A stretch of DNA of 64,000 nt from Mobula hypostoma (taxonomy: Eukaryota): positions 33,978,001-34,042,000 of the forward strand of contig NC_086108.1 in assembly GCF_963921235.1 (NCBI RefSeq), given 5' to 3'. Position 1 is the first letter of the stretch; each line of letters begins with the position of its first letter. The position numbers and the translations under genes were made by a program. The notes beneath the pieces are model-generated. The model had not been told where the DNA came from and did not search any database. It saw only the letters and a list, made by a program, of their open reading frames with translations. This document shows, one piece after another, positions 49,840 to 63,699 of the stretch.

Positions 49840-50590
49840 ATATTCAAAGTAAATGTATTATTAAAGTACATGCAGTATATGTCACCATATACAACCCTGA
49901 GATTCCTTATCTTGCAGGCATGCATAGTAAAACCAGAAACACAATAGAATCAATGAAAGACTGCACCCAGCAGGATGGACAAGCAAACTCTGCAAAGGTA
50001 AAAGCGGGGAAAAAAAGCAATAAATATTGAGAACGTGAGATGAAGAGCCCTTGAAAATGAGTCCATAGGTTGTGGGAACAGTTCAGTGAAGGGGCAAATG
50101 TATTGAGGGAAGTTATTCCACTGGTTCAAAAGTGTGATGGTTGAGGGGTAATAATTGTCCTGGAACTTGGTGGTGTGTGTCCTGAAGCTTCTGTACGTTC
50201 TTCCTGATGGCAGCAGTAAGATGGTCTGTGTGGTACGGGTCCTTGATGATGGATGCCACTTTCCTGCGACAGCACTCCATCTAGATGTGCTCAATGGTGG
50301 GGAGGGCTTTATCTGTGATGGACAAGGCCATATCCACTACCTTCTGTAGGATTTTCCATTCAAGGGCATTGGGTTTTCCATACTAGGCCATTATGCAACC
50401 AGTCAGTATACTCTCCATCACAAATCTATGGAAGTTTTAGATGTTGTGCCGAATATTCACAAACTTCTAAGGAAGTAGAGGATTTATCATTCTTTCTTCA
50501 TAATTGCAGTTACCTGCTGGGTGCAGGACAGGTCCTCTGGAATGATAACACCGAGGAATTTAAAGTTACAGATCTTCTCCACCTCTGATC
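49840..50590 (-). mobile_element. Rex1-like LINE 3' fragment
   Basis: LLPSGRTYRS..YYPSTITLLN translation. Confidence 0.8.
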
Positions 50591-52349
50591 CCCTGGAAGG
50601 AAACCATGCGGTCCTTTGAGTTCAGATATCTCCGTGTATGAGCAGGCCAGCAGGTCACACAATGTGCAATCTACACCCCTGACAATTCCTTGCATTCCGA
50701 TATTTATTAGCTCTCTTTGGGGTGCTACAATTGAATCAGCTGTCTGGCAGTACATTCCTTGCTTTGAAAAACAAAATGTTTTCTCAAGTTACTTGAAAAT
50801 CTCTTTCAATCTATATCCCTTAGTTCCTGACCCCTCCATAATGACGACTACTTCTGTTTGTTGGCCTATACTCCAATAATTTTAATACCTCGGCCAATTT
50901 TTCTCACAGTCTCCTTTGTTCCATGGAGTACAACCTCATCTTCTCCACTCTATCAAAACTAATTGAAGTTCTTCATCCCTGGAATCATTTTCATTTGTTC
51001 TGCATCACCTACTGTACAAAGCGCTCACAGTTTTTCCTGAAATGTGACATCCAGCATTTCAGTTGTGTCCAAACCACAATTTAATAAACATTCATTATTA
51101 CTTAATTGCTTGTATATGTTATGCCTTTGTTTATGAAACCTATGATCCCATATGTTTCATGAATTGCTTTTTCAAGCTGCCCTGGCTCTGTCAATAAACA
51201 AGTGCATTTACTCCCAGTCTCATACCATTTATATAATTGTGAACTCCACTGCAGGAGAGTATGAATGAAACCAGTTAAGTCTAGGGATGTGCTTGTGCGA
51301 GGGAAGAAATGGTCCGAATCTAAAGTGCGTCATGGGTTGGAAGGTGAACCAGACTGAGAGGCTGGCTGTTATTGGCTGGTGGTGGAATCAGGGGTTTGGG
51401 TCAGCAAGCTCCAATCATCACTGAGACATGGGGAAGGTAAGGTGGGGGGGGGAGTGCGGGACAGTGAGTGTCAGTTTCCAGGTGATCAGCAGATCAAGTC
51501 AGGTTTGCTAGAGCGGGCGAGTAAGGCCTGAAGGAGAGGCAGGAAGTTTAACCTAAGTGAATCTTCTTGAACGGGGAGCTCAGTCCCAAGAGGCTGAAAG
51601 GCCTGTCTCTGTGCTGTATGTGGGTATGTGACTGTATGATTCTATATCATACGGAACTGAGACAAAATATCGGAGGATGGAAAGTATAAAGATTTAAAAT
51701 AAAGTCAGGTAAAAGTCACTAAACTTGGGAGGGTTTGGTTTGTGGAACAACTTATCAGTCTTTTCTCCACATACTGAACTGGTTGAAATGCAAGGAAAGG
51801 AAAACAGATCCACTTTGTACAGTATTCTGAACAGAAAAGTTATTTCTCTAAGATCAGATCAGCTTCTAAAATGGGGCCTATATGGTCCGACACACTGGGT
51901 GGCTGATTGGAGATTCTTTGCTATCACCAAAATCAAATCACAACGCACTGAAACATATTTTAATAGATTCGTTTAAATGTTTAGAAATAAAGCCTGCACA
52001 TCTGCACGTATTTATCTATGCTCCGTTTAGTCCTAAATCTAAGAAAATTACTTTCATGACCATATTTGGCAATTAAAGTTCTTGACAACTAAGTGAAATC
52101 CTTTCAGTTAAATCCTTTGAGATTTAAAATTAAATTTTGAATCCAAACCAATGTATTCAAGCATGGATTTATCTCTGTGAGAAAAACACAGGACTTATCT
52201 CCTGTTATCTGAGCAAATGTCTAAGGAAATTCACAGAACAGTGATTAGGGTACCTAATGTTGTTTACAGTGCGATGAAATGAAAATAAACACTTACAAAC
52301 AAATATTTAGCATCAATGTTTTATCCACCCATTACTAAAGAAAGACCTG

Positions 52350-52745
52350 ATTTTCTTTAATAGTCCTGTCATTGCCCCAGGATGTCTTAAAAATAAAGAA
52401 GTCCTTCTTTACAATATCTAGTCACTGTTCTAAACAAGAAGGGAAGCAATCAATTTGTATGCAGCAAGCTCCCAAATACACTAATGAAATAGTAACCATA
52501 TAAATTGTTTCAGTGATCTACAGTAGGCTGAGAGGTACTGAGACAGAGAATCTTCAGCTTTGCTCAAGCACACTGTTACGGGATCTTCTTATCTAGGCAG
52601 GAGGAAACTCAGGTCAATAGTTAATCAATACATTTGAACATCATCACCTCTGACAGTAAAGTGCTGGAGTGGAGGCTTAGACTTTGTCATGGAAGTTGAA
52701 TTTACGAACTTTTGAGCTAGAAGCAAGAACTCTACCGCAAGCCAT
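52350..52745 (-). mobile_element. Old Deu-SINE-like element
   Basis: tagtcactgtt...aatttgtatgcagcaagctcccaaa...gggatctt body and a decayed tRNA-like head. Confidence 0.55.
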
Positions 52746-52909
52746 GACACGGAAGGTCTGATTAATTTTCATTACTGAGTCTTCCACTTACAAAGATCAG
52801 TTGCAAGGATGTAGAAAAATAAGAGAGGTGTGGTGAGGGGTTGGGGGATGGAATCAAGAAATTGCATGGACCTTTTGGGCCAAATAGCCTTCTTCTGCAT
52901 TATTAATAA

Positions 52910-53215
52910 ATAAAGGCATCCGTTAATCTTGCCAGACCATGGATCTGCGCCTGGAAAGTCTTCACTCTCCAGGGCGCAGGCCTGGGCAAGGTTGTATGGA
53001 AGACTGGCAGTTGCCCATGCTGCAAGTCTCCCTTCTCCACGACACCGATGTTGTCCAAGGGAAGGGCAAGGGCCGATACAGCTTGGCACCAGTGTCATCG
53101 CAGAGCACTGTGTGGTTAAGTGCCTTGCTCAAGGACACAACACGCCGCCTCGGCTGGAGCTCGACTCATGACCTTCAGATCACTAGTTGAATGCCTTAAC
53201 CACTTGGCCACGTGC
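52910..53215 (-). mobile_element. tRNA-derived CORE-type SINE
   Basis: Head gcacgtggccaagtggttaagg; CORE-like tgtgtccttgagcaaggcacttaacc; (ttta) tail. Confidence 0.75.
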
Positions 53216-54213
53216 ATGATTTGAAGGAGACAATAAGGATAATTTAAACACAACTGATTTTATAAGATGTGGCTACCCTCTAGGTTCAGGTAACCCCTGA
53301 CAGTTGCACAATAGATTCTTAATAACTTGACAGTTACAGCAAAATAAAGCAATTATCAAGGCTGTAGATTCTCCTTTGAACTAAGAAAAAAAATCATACT
53401 GCCCTTCCCCAACTGGCCTGAGCAACAAACTTCAGCTCTTCTCTCTTCTCCTGTCCTGTCTCGTATCTGTGTCAGCAGTTAGACTCAAGATTTAAGGTTA
53501 TGAATTCATTACTGAATTACATTCCAGTTGCTCAAAAGGAACATTCATTTATTACAATGAGTTACACCTCATTTCTATAAGATTTCAGCTGAAAAGAGCA
53601 AACACTTTAAAAATCTCCTAGTATCATTCCTGTTCAAATTATTGGCATATGTATACGGAGAATTCATTTAATCATCTAAGTGTTTCTAATAGATTCTGAA
53701 ATTTTAGTTTATTTGTATTTGTGCAGAACTCAAAGGGTCCTGAATATTATAGCTCAATAGAGTGTCAAAACTCATCAAGCGACAGAAAAGAAGAGGTTAA
53801 GCTAGCCAGTTATATGCCCATCTCCCACTATCTTTTACTCTTTCTCTTTCTCTTCAGCATCCTAATTACTTATAGAAAATTATTTCAATATCCGAGTTTA
53901 AGTTACTTACTGATAACCACTTCAGCAGGAGGGGCCTAAATTCTTAAGTTTACCTGCTTCCTAAAGCCAGCCTGCTGCTGGAAATACATCGTGATTCTAG
54001 TTGGAACTCCTTCTAGCTTGGAGGACTATAAAAGTGACAGAGCCTAGAGGAGGCTTAGATGCCTGGTTGACTGACACTAAACTGGAGCTTTGGCTACAGG
54101 TGGGAAGTAAGATACCATCCCCAATACTCATTAGTGGAGATGGACTAGGAATTCCCAAAAGCCTGGTGGTGTGTGCATTTCTTCAAGGAGGGTTGGAGTG
54201 TTTTTGTGAACCT

Positions 54214-56677
54214 TACCAAATTGGTAAAGGTGCTGAGGAAGAGGATTTCTTGGAATGTATGCGGGATGGTTTTTTGAACCAACATGTCGAGGAACCAACT
54301 AGAGAGCAGGCTATTCTGGACTGGGTTTTGAGCAATGAGGAAGGGTTAATTAGCGATCTTGTCGTGAGAGGCCCCTTGGGTAAGAGTGACCATAATATGG
54401 TGGAATTCTTCATTAATATGGAGAGTGACATAGTTAATTCAGAAACAAAGGTTCTGAACTTAAAGAGGGGTAACTTTGAAGGTATGAGACGTGAATTAGC
54501 TAAGATAGACTGGCAAATGACACTTAAAGGATTGACGGTGGATATGCAATGGCAAGCATTTAAAGGTTGCATGGATGAACTACAACAATTGTTCATCCCA
54601 GTTTGGCAAAAGAATAAATCAAGGAAGGTAGTGCACCCGTGGCTGACAAGAGAAATTAGGGATAGTATCAATTCCAAAGAAGTAGCATACAAATTAGCCA
54701 GAGAAAGTGGCTCACCTGAGGACTGGGAGAAATTCAGAGTTCAGCAGAGGAGGGCAAAGGGCTTAATTAGGAAGGGGAAAAAAGATTATGAGAGAAAACT
54801 GGCGGGGAACATAAAAACGGACTGTAAAAGCTTTTATAGATATGTAAAAAGGAAAAGACTGGTAAAGACAGATGTAGGTCCCCTGCAGACAGAAACAGGT
54901 GAATTGATTATGGGGAGCAAGGACATGGCAGACCAATTGAATAATTACTTTGGTTCTGTCTTCACTAAGGAGGACATAAATAAACTTCCAGAAATAGTAA
55001 GGGACAGAGGGTCCAGTGAGATGGAGGAACTGAGTGAAATACATGTTAGTAGGGAAGTGGTGTTAGGTAAATTGAAGGGATTGAAGGCAGATAAATCCCC
55101 AGGGCCAGATGGTCTGCATCCTAGAGTGCTTAAGGAAGTAGCCCAAGAAATTGTGGATGCATTAGTGATAATTTTTCAAAACTCGTTAGATTCTGGACTG
55201 GTTCCTGAGGATTGGAGGGTGGCTAATGTAACCCCACTTTTTAAAAAAGGAGGGAGAGAGAAACCGGCGAATTATAGACCGGTTAGCCTAACGTCGGTGG
55301 TGGGGAAACTGCTGGAGTCAGTTATCAAGGATGTGATAACAGCACATTTGGAAAGCGGTGAAATGATCGGACAAAGTCAGCAAGGATTTGTGAAAGGAAA
55401 ATCATGTCTGACGAATCTCATAGAATTTTTTGAGGATGTAACTAGTAGAGTGGATAGGGGAGAACCAGTGGATGTGGTATATTTGGATTTTCAAAAGGTT
55501 TTTGACAAGGTCCCACACAGGAGATTAGTGTGCAAACTTAAAGCACACGGTATTGGGGGTAAGGTATTGGTGTGGGTGGAGAATTGGTTAGCAGACAGGA
55601 AGCAAAGAGTGGGAATAAACGGGACCTTTTCAGAATGGCAGGCGGTGACTAGTGGGGTACCGCAAGGCTCAGTGCTGGGACCCCAGTTGTTTACAATATA
55701 TATTAATGACTTGGATGAGGGAATTAAATGCAGCATCTCCAAGTTTGCGGATGACACGAAGCTGGGTGGCAGTGTTAGCAGTGAGGAGGATGCTAAGAGG
55801 ATGCAGGGTGACTTGGATAGGTTGGGTGAGTGGGCAAACTCATGGCAGATGCAATTTAATGTGGATAAATGTGAAGTTATCCACTTTGGTGGCAAAAATA
55901 GGAAAACAGATTATTATCTGAATGGTGGCCGATTAGGAAAAGGGGAGGTGCAACGAGACCTGGGTGTCATTATATACCAGTCATCGAAAGTGGGCATGCA
56001 GGTACAGCAGGCGGTGAAAAAGGCGAATGGTATGCTGGCATTTATAGCGAGAGACTTCGAGTACAGGAGCAGGGAGGTACTACTGCAGTTGTACAAGGCC
56101 TTGGTGAGACCACACCTGGAGTATTGTGTGCAGTTTTGGTCCCCTAATCTGAGGAAAGACATCTTTGCCATAGAGGGAGTACAAAGAAGGTTCACCAGAT
56201 TGATTCCTGGGATGGCAGGACTTTCATATGAAGAAAGACTGGATGAACTGGGCTTGTACTCGTTGGAATTTAGAAGATTGAGGGGGGATCTGATTGAAAC
56301 GTATAAGATCCTAAAGGGATTGGACAGGCTAGATGCAGGATGATTGTTCCCGATGTTGGGGAAGTCCAGAACGAGGGGTCACAGTTTGAGGATAGAGGAG
56401 AAGCCTTTTAGGACCGAGATTAGGAAAAATTTCTTCACACAGAGAGTGGTGAATCCGTGGAATTCTCTGCCACGGCAAACTGTTGAGGCCAGTTCATTGG
56501 CTATGTTTAAGAGGGAGTTAGATATGGCCCTTGTGGCTACGGGGGTCAGGGGGTATGGAGGGAAGGCCGGGGCGGGGTTCTGAGTTGGATGATCAGCCAT
56601 GATCATAATAAATGGCGGTGCAGGCTCGAAGGGCCGAATGGCCTACTCCTGCACCTATTTTCTATGTTTCTATGTTT
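54214..56677 (+). mobile_element. Young 5'-truncated CR1 (end of APE + RT)
   Basis: Continuous ORF2 with a single stop at 56341; (CTATGTTT)n tail. Confidence 0.95.
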
Positions 56678-57029
56678 CCTTTTCCTGCATGGTAACTTCT
56701 TCCACCACAAATAATGGAATAGTTTTGGTAGTCTGGTGTTGAGGAAGCTAGCAACAAGGCCATCTGAGTGTAATTAGTTTTCACTACTGGGAGTATTGAC
56801 CTGGGAGAGGTCACTGACTTAGTTTGCTTATCCTTCAAGTAAAATTGGAAGGCTTTGCAGAAGCCACATTGATTATATGCTCACAGTGTCTTGAGGTGCC
56901 TTCAACAAATATTACAGGTGAAGAAGTATATAAGAAGATAGTATATGCGAGGTGGAGTGACCATGGTTCTGGAAAATAGTCACCATAGAAACATTGTGGT
57001 GAGAGAAATTGAGATAACTATTGGGGCAA

Positions 57030-57615
57030 TGATCGATACATACGAAATGCTGGAGGAACTCAGCAAACCAGGCAGCATCTGTAGAGGGAATAGACAGTTG
57101 ACATTTTGGGCTGAAACCCTTCATCAAGCAGCCTTGTTTGACAATGGTCTTCACCAGTTTGACAATCTGATGACGGATTATGAATTTTGGTACACATTAA
57201 TAACTTAAAAGATACATCAAACTCTGAGCCAGGAACATTAATCTGAAAACAATGGATAGTTATGGTTTGACTAAATCCAGTGATCAGATATAAAGAACAG
57301 CCATCTAGAGAAATTAAACAGGTGTGGACGGATCAAGTTTGGATGACGATTAAGTCATCTATAATGCTGATTTCCATATTGTCCACTCCTATCAGATTTC
57401 TTCTTCTCCAGCCCTTTACCTTCTCACCCACCTGGCTTCACCTATCTCCTTCACCATTCCCCACCTTTTTGTTCTGGTATCTTCCCTCTACCTTCTCAGT
57501 CCTGAAGAAGGGTCTCGGCCCAAAACGCCTATTCATTTCCATAAATGCTACCTAACCTGCTGAGTTCCCCTAGAATTTTGCGTGTGTTGCTCTGGATTTC
57601 CAGCATCAGCAAACT
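57030..57615. repeat. Oppositely oriented Penelope pLTR fragments (57030-57130 minus; 57380-57615 plus)
   Basis: atgctggaggaactcagc versus gctgagttccc; hammerhead-like core at 57497-57530. Confidence 0.7.
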
Positions 57616-58479
57616 TTGTTGCGTTTATGTATTCTACAGATTCACCACCCTCTGGCTAAAGAAATTCCTCTTCATTTCAAAAATATATTACTAGAGATTC
57701 TTCGTCTCAAAGATATATTTACCCAGCCTCACCTAAGTGGTATTGGTGTCAGTAAATGGACTATCAATCAGCAGTCAACCATTTCTGTTGTACTAAATCT
57801 GTATAAAGTACCCTATATTTTGATTGGCTGTGTGATTCTTGTCTGTATTCTCTTGCAAATTTATACAGGTACTGAATAAAAGCGTGAAGACACGAGACTG
57901 CAGACACTGGAATCTGGAGCCAAAGAGCAAACTGCTGGAGGAACTCAATGGGTTGAGCATTATCTGTGGAGGCAAAGGAATAGTCAATGTTTCAGGCAAG
58001 AATCTACCTCAGGATTGGACCAAATAAAGTCATGTTACATCTGTGACTTTCATTTACAGGGTCAAAAGAGCTGGTTGTGAATAAGAGCTGGTCACAGTTA
58101 GGTTACATGCAGGAAATACATAAATATGCATTTTCCAAGCTGAATTTACACCACAGTATAAGCTCAGCTGATAAACCTATTTTAGAGAATTGCCCAGAAT
58201 GAAGGTCAAAGTAACAGGCATTGCTGGCAGGGCTAAGTTACCTAAAGCTGGTCCCATCACTAAACAGCCCACAAAGGCTGGAGAGAGGAGTTACACTTGA
58301 GCAGAATTTGTCTAAAGTAGACCGTTTGAAGCCGATGGCCATTTTGCAGCATTGCTGGATGATGTCAGCTTTCAGAGGTTCACACAGATCCACAGCCTGC
58401 CGACTGAGCAGTTAATAATGGTCAGAGCTTCCTGGGGTGGGGGGGGGGCGGTGGGGGGGGGAAGTAATCTATGTGCTTT

Positions 58480-58680
58480 TCTGCAGGAGTGTTGTGTGAG
58501 AGTAGATGAACCACAATTGAACAGCTCACCTGAGAGGCAGCGCCTTCACAGTACAGCACCCCTCAATGAGACAGAACTGCACTCACCGATGTGACGCTCT
58601 CATGTAGAAGCTGGAGTCTGGAGCTGCAACCTTCAGATTCAGAATGCCACACTAACGATGAGGTTGGTACTACCAACCCT
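58480..58680 (-). mobile_element. Deu-SINE-like 5' fragment
   Basis: tRNA-like head followed by tgaggggtgctgtactgtgaaggcgctg. Confidence 0.5.
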
Positions 58681-58929
58681 TTGCCAAGAAGTCAGATGGT
58701 AAAAGACAGGAGAGCTTGTGTAATACCTTGGTCGCAAAAAATAGCTGATCAAGAAGCCGGCTAATTGGTTTTCTCTCACTGATATCCATGACTCGGATAG
58801 AAGAAAGTCTCCCATGAATGTGGTTTGGTAGCTCACTTCCAGCACTCTGTGCAATAAATTCTAATTGCATTAAATATATTTAGAGTAATTACCAAACTAC
58901 TTCTACCTGAGGGTCCAGAGTACAATTAT

Positions 58930-59415
58930 GAGAATGATCCCAGGAATGAAAGAGTTAATGAATGAATGAGGAGCATTTGATGGCTCTTTGCCTGTACTTG
59001 CTGGAGTTTAGAAGAATAAAGGTGTATCTCATTGAAATCTACTGAAGATTGAAATGCATAGATGGAGTGGATGTGGAGAGGATGTTCCCAATAATGGGAG
59101 AGCCTAGGACAAGAGTGCCCAGCCTCAGAATATAAGTGTGTCCCTTTAAAATAGAGATGAGGAGGAATTTCTTTAGCCTGAGAGTGGTGAATCTGTGGAA
59201 TTAATTGCCACAAATGGCTGAGGAGGCCAAGTCAATGAGTATATTTAAAACAGAGGTTGATAGGTTCTTGATTAGTAAGGGCCTCAATCTATATGGGGAG
59301 AAGGCAAGAGAATGGGTTTGATAGCGATGATAAATCAGCCACGATCAAATAGTGGAGCAGATTTGATGGGCTGAGTAGCCTAATTCTGCTCCTATGTCTT
59401 ATTGTCTTATGGTTT
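58930..59415 (+). mobile_element. CR1 3' fragment
   Basis: End of ORF2 and a (tcttat(t/g)g) tail. Confidence 0.82.
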
Positions 59416-60899
59416 TATAGACCATTCTGAAGATCCATTGGGTTAGAAGTCTTCAAGGACCTCACAGTTGTGATCTTCTTGAATGAAGTCCCAAGTTCGG
59501 ATATAATTTCCAACGATAAGTGCTCTCGTCGGGGCATCAATGTGTGAGAGTCTGCCTAGATCTGAGGTTTGCAATCCTTTTTATAGCACGCACCCCTACC
59601 ATTAACCGAGAGGTCCTTGGACTCCAGGATGGGAACTCCTGGTCTAGATTCATTGTGTCTGAGAATAGTGTGCAGGGAGCAAAGCATCAGTTTTCAATAA
59701 GCTAATTGCTGCTAGCTGTGCCTCATGATCGTCATAGATTCATCGCTTACTTTACAGTTTCCCATTTCCTGGAAAAGATTAACAAATCAAGGCATGTGTT
59801 AAACAAGAACTATATGTGCTTCAGAATGATGAGAACATTTAATCTATGGTTGTTAACCTTGAGCAAAAGCTGCAATTAATGATGACCAAAAGTTATTGTC
59901 AAGTTGTTTAAGTTGCTGAACTTGAAGTTGTTTAAGTTGTTGAGTATACAACTTCAGTCACAAAAAAATAACTGATCCAGAAACCAGATAATTGGTTCTT
60001 TCTCTCTTGAGACCCACGGTTCAGATAGAATAAAGCCTGAAGTTGTTAATTTGGTCATCAGGAAAGAACTTCCCATAGTTTTCCTTAAACTAGCCTCAGG
60101 TTTACTCCCTGTTCCACCACAGAAAACTGGTAAAAGCTGGTTTCTCAGAATGAAACTGGTTTTCAAGATTCAAGATTGTATAATGTTATCTTTAGTACAC
60201 AAATATTAAGAAGTCAAAATAATTGTTACTCCAGATCTGATGCAGAGCAAAAAAAAAACACAAGGTAAAGAACAAAATAATAATACATACTGTACAAATA
60301 CATAAAACAGCTTATATACATAGATTGATTGTATGTCCATAAAGTGATCCTAGGTACAAGAGTGTCTGTATGTAAAGTGACTGACAGGAAATGATAAATA
60401 ATTCAGTGATGTTAGAAATTCAGAGCGAAAGCAAGTCAAAGAGACCTTGAGACAAAACTGTGTGACTACACTTGCAAATTATCAATAAAAGAAAATGCCA
60501 CTATTTTGATAAAACTTGCAGAAAATAACCATCCAATTTGCAAAACAATTCAGAATTTCTATGGAATTGACAAGTCAAGACAAAAATTTCTGGTATGTTT
60601 ACTTAAGAGCATATCTAGTAGCACTGTAATGCATCAATTCTAATCTAGCAGTAATTCTCAGTTTCTAATCAAGCAAGATAAAGTAGTCCAATTTCATGTT
60701 TGAAATTGGAAATAATTTTTGGAAAAGAAGTATTTTTGGAATTTTTCCAACAAAATTTGAAAAACAGAATGTAGAGATCTGGGTCTTGGGATGATATCAG
60801 CTTTGAATGCTCAACTTGACCATGATTAGATGTCATTCTTCAATTGGAGAAGACCTTCAACTGTAACACCTGTATATTTGTAACTAAAACATAACCTGT

Positions 60900-61240
60900 A
60901 TTTGCTGATTACAACTCAGAATGAGGCCACTCAGCAAATTGAGTCAATGTCAACTCCCAACAGGTCAATGCCATTAGTCCAGTTCTATTTTCCTTGATCC
61001 ATGTAGCTCTGCAGCCTATTCTATTTCTTTCAACCTATCTCCACCAAGAGACAGTTTGCAGTGGTCAATTAATCTTGCTGCACTTCCTTGCAATGTGGGA
61101 AGAAAGCTGATGATCTCAAGCAAACCTACACAGTCACAGGCAAATGTGAAAACTCCACATAGACAGCACCAGAGATCAGAATTGTACCTGGAAGGTTGGA
61201 GCTATGAAGCAGCAGTGCTAACTGGTCTGCCATTCTGAGA
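60900..61240 (-). mobile_element. Decayed V-SINE/HE1-like SINE
   Basis: Similar to 20065-20330. Confidence 0.55.
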
Positions 61241-61544
61241 CCTTCCTTGCAAAAATAACTATTCTTGGAAATCATGAATCACAGGCAAGCCAGGCGGGTG
61301 AGTTCCATTTTCCTGGCAAAGCCGGATATTCCAAGAAATCACTTCCCAGTAGGATTCAGTCAGTCCCAACCTGTAAGCTGGGCTAACACTTTGATGACTG
61401 ACTGAATGCCCCAAGTGGAGCCACTAAAGTACTATGTAATACAATCACTGTTAGAAGATACTGCGCGCATCAAAACCCCTCAAAACAGCAATACGAAATT
61501 AACCAGATAATCTGTTTTTGAATTATTCATTGAAGACCAGGATG

Positions 61545-61795
61545 CCACCGTAGCAGAGTGGTTAGCACAATGCTATTACATCTTGAGGTGTCCTGGAGCC
61601 CAGAGCTCAATTCCGGCGCTGTCGCTAAGGAGTTTGTTCATTCTCCCCGAACCACGTGGATCCAAAGACATAGTTAATAGGTTAATTGGTCATTGTAAAT
61701 TGTTCTGTGATTAGGTTATTGTTAAATAGGTGGGTTGCTGGGTGATGCAGCCCGTTGGAGTGGAAGGGATTATTCCAAGCTGTATCTCTAAATAA
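61545..61795 (+). mobile_element. tRNA-derived V-SINE/HE1-like SINE
   Basis: gtagcagagtggttagcac...tcaattccgg...tccaaagac...ctgtatctctaaata. Confidence 0.7.
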
Positions 61796-61839
61796 TATAC
61801 CAGCTGGGGTATTAATGGCATCTCAGATTCAGATTCATT

Positions 61840-62305
61840 TAACTTTTGTACATCAAGACATTAAACCGATTGCAAGAAAAAGACAGGAGCCCAAGAGGAT
61901 GGGACTTATTTTCGTTTTTACTTTAAGCGAGGTACATGTGGTGGCATGATGTATGTCAGTGGTCCCCAACCAGCGGGCCGCGGACCGGTACTGGGCCACA
62001 AAGCATGTGCTACCGGGCCGTGAGGAAACAATATGATTTGGCAATATGAAACGATATGAGTCAGCTGCACCTTTCTTCATTCCCTGTCACACACTGTTGA
62101 ACTTGAACACCACCCCACCCCAGTCGGCCAGTCCGCAAGAATATTGTCAATATTAAACAGGTCCACGGTGCAAAAAAGATTAGGGACCCCTGATGTATGC
62201 CATTTACATACATTTACATATAACCCACAATATATCAAGTAAATAACAAAGAATGCTTAATCAAAAAATATATTTACAATATCACTCAAATGTTATACTG
62301 AAATG
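61840..62305. repeat. Solo LTR of the 20415/22505 family, interrupted by a MITE
   Basis: gtggtggcatgatgtatg|ccatt...ataaccca...gaatgcttaatcaa..tatatttacaa matches 22610-22710. Confidence 0.65.
61957..62192. mobile_element. hAT MITE (236 bp)
   Basis: TIRs cagtggtccc / gggacccctg; TSD ATGTATGT/ATGTATGC. Confidence 0.88.
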
Positions 62306-62624
62306 ATAAGGACGTGTTTGGGCAGCCTGCAAATTTCGGCACACTTTCCAACACCAACACAGCGTGCCCACAATGCTTGTCGGAATAGCACAGACCACAG
62401 CAAAACACAACATACCAAGCAACCAAAGCAAAAACTGATGGAATATACCCCAGATTATTGAAAGGGGTAAGAGGAGATTGCTGGCAACTTGACCAATATC
62501 TTTGTGTTCTCCCTAGCCACGGACAAGTTCCTAGAGGACTACTGAGTAGCTAATGCTGTTCCACTATTCAGGATGGAAACAAGGGATAATCCTGGAAACT
62601 ATAGACTAGTAAGTCTCACGTCAA

Positions 62625-63695
62625 TAGTATATTCTTGCAGACATACTCAATAAATCGAATAACCATAATAGAATCAATGAAAGACCGCACCATCAGGGTG
62701 GAAAAGCAGTGTGCAAAAGACAAAAAAAATGTGCTAATACAAAGGTTAAAACAAAATGCAACAAATGTTGAGAACATGAGATGAAGAGTCCTTGAAAGTG
62801 AGTCCATACATTACAGGGACAGTTTAATGATGGGGCAAGTGAAGTTGAGTAAAGTTATCCCCTTTGTTTTAAGACTGATGATGAAGAGGTAAGAACTGTT
62901 TCTGAACCTGGTGGTGTGAGTCCTGAGACTCCCATACCTTCTTCTTGATGGCAGCAGCAAGAAAGTGTCATGACATGGTTGGTGAGGGTCCTCGATGACA
63001 GATGCAGCTTTAAGAGGCTGGTCTGACATAACGATGTATTTACATAAAAGGTTTTTAGTACACTTTGAGTTCAGTGTTTATGGTGTTCAATTAATGAGTT
63101 ACTACGGTTTTTCTGAAACATAAAACACCTCCGCTATTTTATTTGTAAAAAACTACAGAGGCACTGCCGTGCTTTCTTTGCAATTGCCCTTCCCTGCTGG
63201 CCCCAGGATAGTTCGACTGAAATGATAACACAGAGGAATTTAAAGTTGCTGACCCTCTCCGTCTCTGAACCCTGATGAGGACTGGCACATGAGCCTCTAG
63301 TTTTCTTCTCCTGAAGTCAATAATCAGCTCCTTGGTCTTGCTGACATTGAGTAAGCAGTTGTTGTGGCACCAGTTTGCCAGATTTTAAATCTCCCTCCTA
63401 TATGCTGATACATCACCACCTTTGATTCGGCCTGTGTCAGCAAACTTAAATATGGCATTGGCGCTATGTTTAGCCACACAGTCATGAGAGTAAAGTGAGT
63501 AGAACAGGGGCTAAGCACGCAGCCTTGTGGTGCACCTGTGCTGATGGAGATCATGGAGGAGATGTTGTCGCCATTCTGAACTGACTGGGGTTTGCAAGTG
63601 AGGAAATGAAGAATCCAATTGCACAAGAAGATTTTGAGGCCAAGGTCTTGAAGCTTACTAATTATTTTTGAGGGTATGATAGTATTGAATGCCAA
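62625..63695 (-). mobile_element. Rex1-like LINE fragment
   Basis: [22 protein letters not shown] translation. Confidence 0.85.
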
Positions 63696-63699
63696 TAAT

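Noticed and set aside
54001..54213. N-terminal 71 aa of the 780-aa ORF as a host-CR1 chimeric gene
   Set aside because: It starts at TTG, not ATG; flanking DNA that happens to be open in frame with a truncated CR1 is the simpler explanation.
59420..59720. Possible solo LTR (minus-strand TATAAAA)
   Set aside because: No TG..CA termini or TSD could be defined.
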